A stretch of 63,369 nucleotides of DNA from positions 1 to 63,369 of the forward strand of contig SIAW01000003.1 of assembly GCA_009695465.1 (NCBI GenBank). The letters run 5' to 3'. Shown here in pieces: positions 57,555-63,369 of the stretch. The notes under the pieces are model-generated. The model was not told where the DNA came from. It did not search any database and saw nothing but the letters and a program-made list of their open reading frames with translations. The first letter of the stretch is position 1. Each line of letters starts with the position of its first letter. This DNA is from Pedosphaera sp. (GTDB lineage: Bacteria; Verrucomicrobiota; Verrucomicrobiia; Limisphaerales; UBA1100). The translations under genes were made by a program, and so were the position numbers.

Positions 57555-58061
57555 ATGAGCGAGCCCACCGCCAGTGCAAATCCCACACCGGAAGCCCATC
57601 GCGAGAAATTGATGACGGCCCTGTTCGTCGCCATGGTGCAACATCAGACCGAGACCGCGCTGATGATGCTGGGCCATCTGCCGCACCCGGAGACCGGCGA
57701 GCACGTCTTTGATCCCGAGACCGCGCAGTTGGTGATTGAGCAACTGGCCATGCTCTCCGTGAAAACCAAAGGCAACCTGTCCGCCGACGAAGACAAGATG
57801 CTCAAGAAATGTCTGCAGACGTTGCAGATGGCGTTCATGGAAACGATGAAGCATCAAGCGGCCGCCGCTGGTGCCAGTCCCATTCTCTCCCCTTCTGATG
57901 CGGCACCTGCGGCACCCACCGCACCCTTATTTGCCATGGCACCGGCAACGCCAGTCGCTGCTGCTGCGCCGGTGGTTCAATCGTCCAGCGCGCCGCCTGC
58001 ACCGGCAGCAGAAGATGATTCGTCCGCGCGAAAGCGCTTCGTGAAAAAGTACGAAGCCTGA
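57555..58061 (+). CDS. DUF1844 domain-containing protein
   Basis: 168 aa with LFVAMVQHQTETALMMLGHLPHPETGE...QLVIEQLAMLSVKTKGNLSADEDKMLKKCLQTLQMAF, which matches the DUF1844 pattern as I recall it. Ala/Pro-rich tail. Confidence 0.72.
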   Translation: MSEPTASANPTPEAHREKLMTALFVAMVQHQTETALMMLGHLPHPETGEHVFDPETAQLVIEQLAMLSVKTKGNLSADEDKMLKKCLQTLQMAFMETMKHQAAAAGASPILSPSDAAPAAPTAPLFAMAPATPVAAAAPVVQSSSAPPAPAAEDDSSARKRFVKKYEA

Positions 58062-58084
58062 GAAGTGCGCGTGCTGCGCTGCCC

Positions 58085-59092
58085 CTACTTCTCTTCCAGA
58101 TGCACCTTCAACGCGGCGTCCTTGCAAAGGCGCGCGTAATAGTCGGGCAACCGCTTGGCCGCCTCTTCCTCCAGCATGGCGGTGCGGATGACCACTTTTA
58201 ATTCCTCGAACGGCGTCACCTTCACGGGCTTGCGTTCCAGCAGGCGGATAATGTGGTAGCCCAAATCCGTCTGCACCACGCGACTCACCATGCCCGGCTG
58301 CATCGCGAAGGACACGCGGTCAATCTCCGCCGGCATTGTGCCTTTGGCAAAGGTGTACTCGCCGCGAGTGTTCTTCGTATCGGTGTCGTCGGAAAACTGC
58401 GCCATCAACTTCCCGAAATCTTCGCCCGCTAACACGCGGCGAAGCACGCCTTCTGCCACCTGCAGCTTGGCCGCCTTGTCGGCATCTGAAAGCTCCGCAC
58501 CCGTCGTCGCGTTGCGCGTGGACAAAAGAATCTGCGACACGCGCACCTGTTCGGGCGTGGTCCAGCGCACGAGGTTGTCGTCGTAAAACTTGCGCACCAC
58601 CGCGTCCACGATCACCACCTGCGTGCCCACCTCGCGCAGCATTACGCCCTTGGCCAGCACCTCGTCATAGAGCCGTTTGCGAAAGGCGTTGGTCGTGATG
58701 CCCATCGCCGCGATGCGCACATCAAACGCCCGCGCGTTGCTGTACCGCGCCCGTTGATTCTCGTAGCCTTCCTTGGCCCCTTTGTACGCGGCGGACTTGT
58801 CCTCCGTGTTGGCGCGCAACGCGGTGAGTTTGGAGAACACCAACTCATGCAGAATCTGCTGCTCCATCGCCTTGGCGTCGGTCACCGGCGTGACACCTTC
58901 GGCAGCGTTGTTCATCAGGAAAATCTTGGTGGCCTCCTCCAACTCGGTGCGCATCAACTTCATGTTGGTGCCCTCGGCGATCACCTTGTCGGCCTTGGAG
59001 AAAAGCGACTGCAACGGATCATCCGCTGCGATCACTTGCCCAGCCAACGCCAGCATCATCCCGAACACCACCGATGCGATCTGCTCCTTCAT
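58085..59092 (-). CDS. peptidyl-prolyl cis-trans isomerase (SurA/PrsA-like parvulin)
   Basis: ATG 59092 is preceded by GAGGTGA. The signal peptide is MKEQIASVVFGMMLALAGQVIA. It has a SurA-N-like helical region and a parvulin domain (VRVSQILL...FSDD...GEY.F....M..E......L..G.VS.VV.T..GYHII). Confidence 0.8.
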   Translation of the reverse strand: MKEQIASVVFGMMLALAGQVIAADDPLQSLFSKADKVIAEGTNMKLMRTELEEATKIFLMNNAAEGVTPVTDAKAMEQQILHELVFSKLTALRANTEDKSAAYKGAKEGYENQRARYSNARAFDVRIAAMGITTNAFRKRLYDEVLAKGVMLREVGTQVVIVDAVVRKFYDDNLVRWTTPEQVRVSQILLSTRNATTGAELSDADKAAKLQVAEGVLRRVLAGEDFGKLMAQFSDDTDTKNTRGEYTFAKGTMPAEIDRVSFAMQPGMVSRVVQTDLGYHIIRLLERKPVKVTPFEELKVVIRTAMLEEEAAKRLPDYYARLCKDAALKVHLEEK

Positions 59093-59099
59093 GGTCACC

Positions 59100-60689
59100 T
59101 CACAGTTTAACAACGCGGACGTTGGAGATATCGCCGTCGCGGCGCACCTCCTCCATCAACGCCTCGGGGGGCACACTGTCCAAGTTGAGCACCGTCAACG
59201 CCTCGCCGCCCACCTTGTCGCGGCTCAGGCTCATGCTCGCGATGTTCACCGCGTGCCGCCCCATCAGGGAGCCAATGTAGCCGACCATCCCCGGTCTGTC
59301 TTTATTATTCATCAAGAACAATACGCCCTCGGGCACGCACTCCACGCTGCGCCCGTTGATGCGCACGATGCGCGGGTGCAGGCTCGCACCAAAAAATGTG
59401 CCGCCCGCAGAGACCTTGCCGTCGCCAGAATACGCCGCGACGTGCAGCCATTCGTTGTAGTCCGGCCCTTCCAACGCCTTGACCTCTTCCACCATCAAGC
59501 CCAGTTGACTGGCCAACGCGCGCACGTTGACTTGGTTGACATCCTTGCCGCCGGCCATTTCCAGAAAACCTTTCAACACAAACCGCGTCACCGGATCGGC
59601 TGGAACTTCCGCCGCTTTGCCGCCGTAAGTAATCACGAGACGGTCGTTGCGTTTGGGCGCCAACTGCGCAACCAAGCGCCCGAGCTTCTCGCCCAGTTGC
59701 AGGTACGGTTTGACCAGTAGATACGTGGTCGCGTCCAAGCTGGGCATGTTTACCGCGTTGCACACCGCGCCATTGATCAGATAATCGGTGATGCTCTCGG
59801 CCACTTCCACGCCCACGCTTTCCTGCGCCTCCTTGGTGCTGGCCCCCAGATGCGGCGTCATGACCAGTTGCGGCAATCCGCGCAGCGGCGAATCTTTGGG
59901 CAGCGGTTCCGTCTCGTAAACATCCAGCGCCGCGCCGGCGACCTTGCCGGATTTAATCCCCGCCACCAGATCCGTCTCGTTGATGATCCCGCCGCGCGCG
60001 CAGTTGACCAGATAAACACCGTCCTTCATCCGCGCGATCTGTGCGGCGCTGATCATGCCGCGCGTCTCGTCGGTCAACGGCATGTGCACGGTGATAAAAT
60101 CCGAGCGCTCGATCACCTCATCAATCTCCGCCAACTCCACCTGCAACGCCCGCGCTCTGCTGAGCGAAAGATACGGGTCATACGCCAGCACGCGCATGCC
60201 AAAGGCGATAGCGCGCCGCGCCACCTGCCCACCGATCCGGCCCATGCCGCAAATGCCCAGCGCCTTGCCGCTGAGTTCGGTGCCGTCAAAAGATTTGCGG
60301 TCCCACTCGCCCGCCTTCATGGACATGTGCGCCTGCGGAATGCGCCGCGCCAGCGCCATGATCATCGAGAACGTCAGCTCGGCCGTGGAGATCGTGTTGC
60401 CGCCCGGGGTGTTCATCACCACAATGCCGCGCTCGGTGGCCGCTTCCACGTCCACGTTGTCCACGCCCACGCCTGCACGGCCCACTGCCTTCAGTCGCGG
60501 AGCCGCCTCCATCACGCGCCGCGTGATCTTGGTGGCGGAACGAACCACAATGGCGTCCACATCAGCCACGCGCTTGAGGAATTCCTCCTCGCCCAGCCGC
60601 CCTTCCAGAACGGTCACTTGAAACTGGGATTGCGCGCGAAAATGCGCCACGCCCTTCTCAGAAACTCCATCGCAGACCAAAATGTGCAT
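59100..60689 (-). CDS. serA: D-3-phosphoglycerate dehydrogenase
   Basis: From ATG 60689 the protein reads MHILVCDGVSEKGV. NAD-binding GICGMGRIGGQVA, catalytic RGGIINE / TPHLGAST, and ASB plus ACT C-terminal domains are present (529 aa type). Confidence 0.93.
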   Translation of the reverse strand: MHILVCDGVSEKGVAHFRAQSQFQVTVLEGRLGEEEFLKRVADVDAIVVRSATKITRRVMEAAPRLKAVGRAGVGVDNVDVEAATERGIVVMNTPGGNTISTAELTFSMIMALARRIPQAHMSMKAGEWDRKSFDGTELSGKALGICGMGRIGGQVARRAIAFGMRVLAYDPYLSLSRARALQVELAEIDEVIERSDFITVHMPLTDETRGMISAAQIARMKDGVYLVNCARGGIINETDLVAGIKSGKVAGAALDVYETEPLPKDSPLRGLPQLVMTPHLGASTKEAQESVGVEVAESITDYLINGAVCNAVNMPSLDATTYLLVKPYLQLGEKLGRLVAQLAPKRNDRLVITYGGKAAEVPADPVTRFVLKGFLEMAGGKDVNQVNVRALASQLGLMVEEVKALEGPDYNEWLHVAAYSGDGKVSAGGTFFGASLHPRIVRINGRSVECVPEGVLFLMNNKDRPGMVGYIGSLMGRHAVNIASMSLSRDKVGGEALTVLNLDSVPPEALMEEVRRDGDISNVRVVKL

Positions 60690-60745
60690 ATAAATAAAGC
60701 GCGGAGTGTAGGTCGCGCAGATGGCCGGGTCAAACCATCTCCCTG

Positions 60746-61324
60746 TCAGCGCGCGGCGGGCCACGATGCCAATGCCGCCAACACCTGTTGCACCGGCAGT
60801 CCCACGATGTTGGTGAAGGAACCTTCGATGGCCTCGACAATCCACTCGCCATTTTCCTGCACGGCGTAGGCGCCGGCTTTGTCCAGCGGATTGATAGTGG
60901 CGAGGTAATCGCGGATCTGCCCGTCGCTCAACGGACGAAACTGCACGTGTGTGGTGACATCAAACATCACGCGATGCGCCGGACGCGCGCGCAGCAGACA
61001 GCAGGCCGTCGTCACTTCATGAGTGCATCCGCTGAGCCGCCGCAACATTTGGTGCGCCGCCTTCAGCGTGGCGGGCTTGCCAAAAACGCGGTTGCCCAGA
61101 TGCACCTCCGTGTCCGCGCCAAGCACGAGTGCCTCCGGGAATTGCCGAGCCACGGCCTGCGCCTTGCGAAAGGCGTTGGCGCGGCACAGTTCGCGCGGGG
61201 TCATGTCCGCGCCGTTGAGTTCTTCCACCTGCGCCGCCTCCACGCGGAAGCGCAGTCCCGCCTGCGCGAGCAGTTCGCGCCGTCGCGGGGAACCGGAGGC
61301 GAGAATGAAGGCCGGTAATTTCAT
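60746..61324 (-). CDS. maf: Maf-family nucleoside triphosphate pyrophosphatase
   Basis: From ATG 61324 the protein reads MKLPAFILASGSPRRRELL, then LGADT and KAGAYAVQE motifs. 192 aa. ATGA overlap with the upstream DUF1802 stop. Confidence 0.9.
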   Translation of the reverse strand: MKLPAFILASGSPRRRELLAQAGLRFRVEAAQVEELNGADMTPRELCRANAFRKAQAVARQFPEALVLGADTEVHLGNRVFGKPATLKAAHQMLRRLSGCTHEVTTACCLLRARPAHRVMFDVTTHVQFRPLSDGQIRDYLATINPLDKAGAYAVQENGEWIVEAIEGSFTNIVGLPVQQVLAALASWPAAR

Positions 61325-61893
61325 CGCGCCAATTCCGTTCCCAACGCCTCGCGCACGGCCGCCAGTTTGGACTCGAATGCGGATTGGCCCAGCACGGGTG
61401 TCGCGGCGTTTGTGTCCAGTTCCTGCGCCAGTGTCACCCACGATTTGCAGCCGCCGTATTCGGGCAGCATCGGCAGAGACACGGGCTGCGGCAGTCGGCG
61501 CACGCGCACGGTCAGGGCGTGGATCGCCTTGTCGCGGCCCCAATCGAATCGTTGGGCGATGACTTCATCGCGCCAGATGTGTTGCCCGCGCAATCGCTCG
61601 GCGGCGGCCAGTGAATCCACTTGGCGCGCCTCGGTCACTTCGGCGAAGTACTCCAGCCGCACTGTGTCCGCCGAAGGAAAGTGCGGGGCGATGGCGTCGT
61701 AGCGCGACTGAGCCGTCGGCAGCACCGACTCGCGTTGTTGATGGAAGAGCGTCGGGAAAAACCAAAAGCGTTCGTGCTCCACTTGAAAGCCGCCGCGGCC
61801 TTCGGCGATGCCCCCTTTGCGCAGAATGACAATCTGCTCGCCGCGCCCGAGCGCATCCACCACCACGGCCCATTCTTTGAAGGCGATCGTCAC
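61321..61893 (-). CDS. DUF1802 family protein
   Basis: 190 aa starting MTIAFKEWAVVVDALGRGEQIVILRKGGIAEGRGGFQVEHERFWFFPTLFHQQ, which matches the DUF1802 N-terminal pattern as I recall it. Confidence 0.7.
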   Translation of the reverse strand: MTIAFKEWAVVVDALGRGEQIVILRKGGIAEGRGGFQVEHERFWFFPTLFHQQRESVLPTAQSRYDAIAPHFPSADTVRLEYFAEVTEARQVDSLAAAERLRGQHIWRDEVIAQRFDWGRDKAIHALTVRVRRLPQPVSLPMLPEYGGCKSWVTLAQELDTNAATPVLGQSAFESKLAAVREALGTELAR

Positions 61894-61983
61894 CCGTACA
61901 GACTAGCGCGCCGCGCACCATTGTCCAGCCGCGCACGCGCTTGCTTCGCGCCGTCCATTTCCTGTAGCCTCCGCGCGAACACC

Positions 61984-63324
61984 ATGAGCCAATCCACCTC
62001 CATCCCCCTCTCTCCACCGCCGCTGGCCGCAGGTTTGAATGCGCGGCTTTCGGTGATGATGTTTCTGCAGTACGCCATCTGGGGCGCGTGGTTGCCGCTG
62101 CTCTGGCCCTTTCTCACGGGGCATCGCGGACTGACGGCCTCGCAGGTGGGCGACATTTTTGCGGTGGGCGCAGTGGGGGCCATCGTCGCGCCGTTCATCG
62201 CGGGGCAGATCGCCGACCGCTGGTTTAACACCGAGAAATTTCTGGCGATCAGCCACATCCTCGGCAGCCTCCTCGTGTGGCAACTGGCGGAGATCAGCAC
62301 CTACGCCGGGCTGCTGGGTTTCAGCCTCGCGTACTCCATCATCTATTCGCCGACGCTGGCGCTGACCAACTCGCTGGCGTTCCATCACCTGCCCGATCGC
62401 GACCGCGACTTTGGCCGCGTGCGTGTGTGGGGCACGGTGGGTTGGATCGCCGTGGGCATCGGCATCGGCCAATGGCTGCTGCACCAACACACGCCCAGCG
62501 GGCCGGACATCACCAAAGAGTTGATCCAGGCGAAACAAAACGCCGGCATGGCGGACGCCTTCAAACTCAGCAGCATGCTCGGCGTCGCGATGGGTTTCTT
62601 CTGCTGGTTCCTGCCGGCGACGCCACCGGCAAAGGGCAAACAGAAGAGCGCGGTCTTTGAGGCCGTGGGCGAAATCAAACGTCAGCCGTTGCTCACGCTC
62701 TTTCTGCTCGCCGTGCCGGTGAGCTGCATTCACCAGTTCTACTTCGTCCACACCGCGCCGTTCCTCGGCCAGTTCCAAAACGAGGCGAAAGGCTTCATCG
62801 AGGCGGTGAACAAAATCGTCGGCGTGGGCGGCGGCGGACTGATGACCATCGGCCAGATGTCGGAGATTGCCGTGCTGGCCGCCATCCCGATTTTCGCCAA
62901 ACGCGTTTCGCGCAAGACACTCCTGGCCGCCGGCCTCGTCGCCTACGCGCTGCGCATGTTCCTCTTCGCCCATTACGCCTCGTTCCCCGAAGCGTTGCGC
63001 CTGCCCTCCATCATTCTGGGCATCACGATGCACGGCCTCTGCTTCGGCTGCTTCATCTTCGTCGCCTTCATGATTGTGGATGAAGAAACCAGCGGCGATA
63101 TCCGCGCCAGCGCGCAAAGCCTCTTCAACCTCGTCACCGTGGGCATCGGCATCATCGTCGGCAGCAAGATCGCCGGTGCCGTCGCCGAGTGGGCGACGGT
63201 GGGCGGAAAACTCGACTACGCCAAACTCTTCACCGTGCCGATGTGGGCGGCGATCGCCTGCCTCGTGCTGTTGCTGATGTTTTATCCCGGCGGCAGGAAA
63301 TCCGACGCCGAAAAGCGCGCCTAA
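61984..63324 (+). CDS. MFS transporter, nucleoside:H+ symporter (NupG/XapB-like) family
   Basis: From ATG 61984 the protein reads MSQSTS...RLSVMMFLQYAIWGAWLPLLWPFL, like the NupG N-terminus. 12 predicted TM segments. 446 aa. Confidence 0.75.
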   Translation: MSQSTSIPLSPPPLAAGLNARLSVMMFLQYAIWGAWLPLLWPFLTGHRGLTASQVGDIFAVGAVGAIVAPFIAGQIADRWFNTEKFLAISHILGSLLVWQLAEISTYAGLLGFSLAYSIIYSPTLALTNSLAFHHLPDRDRDFGRVRVWGTVGWIAVGIGIGQWLLHQHTPSGPDITKELIQAKQNAGMADAFKLSSMLGVAMGFFCWFLPATPPAKGKQKSAVFEAVGEIKRQPLLTLFLLAVPVSCIHQFYFVHTAPFLGQFQNEAKGFIEAVNKIVGVGGGGLMTIGQMSEIAVLAAIPIFAKRVSRKTLLAAGLVAYALRMFLFAHYASFPEALRLPSIILGITMHGLCFGCFIFVAFMIVDEETSGDIRASAQSLFNLVTVGIGIIVGSKIAGAVAEWATVGGKLDYAKLFTVPMWAAIACLVLLLMFYPGGRKSDAEKRA

Positions 63325-63369
63325 AGAAAAGCCTTGCTGCGCTGACCTTCGTTGCTACGCTCGCGCTGC

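Overview
GC-rich (about 60-65% by eye), very gene-dense chromosomal segment. It is most likely from a PVC-superphylum bacterium and looks Verrucomicrobiota-like. The taxonomic clues are a giant PSCyt/WD40/DUF1549/DUF1553 protein paired with a DUF1501 protein, a PVC-type CxxCH membrane-bound-dehydrogenase protein, Sel1-repeat proteins and a Minf_1886-like protein. I can support about 58 protein-coding genes and one ncRNA, an SRP/4.5S RNA hidden inside the over-extended dnaX ORF.

Most of the content is housekeeping:
- aroC
- dnaK-groES-groEL
- ffs-dnaX-ybaB-recR
- leuS
- ispE
- tatA-tatC
- tolQ-tolR-tolA-tolB with two pal-like genes
- glgB, coaE, metF, moaA, serA, maf

The ORF track uses ATG, GTG and TTG as starts. 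Many track ORFs are therefore 5'-over-extended, and I re-set starts where an internal start fits the protein family better.

I recognised no rRNA, tRNA, CRISPR array, transposase, integrase, phage gene or known defence gene. I do not see a convincing self-contained novel system. The best leads are:
1. The 1691-aa PSCyt/WD40/DUF1549/DUF1553 protein with its DUF1501 partner, next to three esterase/deacetylase genes.
2. A TatC with a His/Asp-rich N-terminal tail and a low-GC insertion of about 100 aa in its first periplasmic loop.
3. An exact sigma-54 -24/-12 motif in front of dnaK-groESL.
4. A CstA whose C-terminal tail resembles YbdD/YjiX.
5. An uncharacterised three-gene envelope operon: small Cys-rich membrane protein, LolA-like protein, TPR membrane protein.

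All family assignments come from reading the translations. No database search was run.
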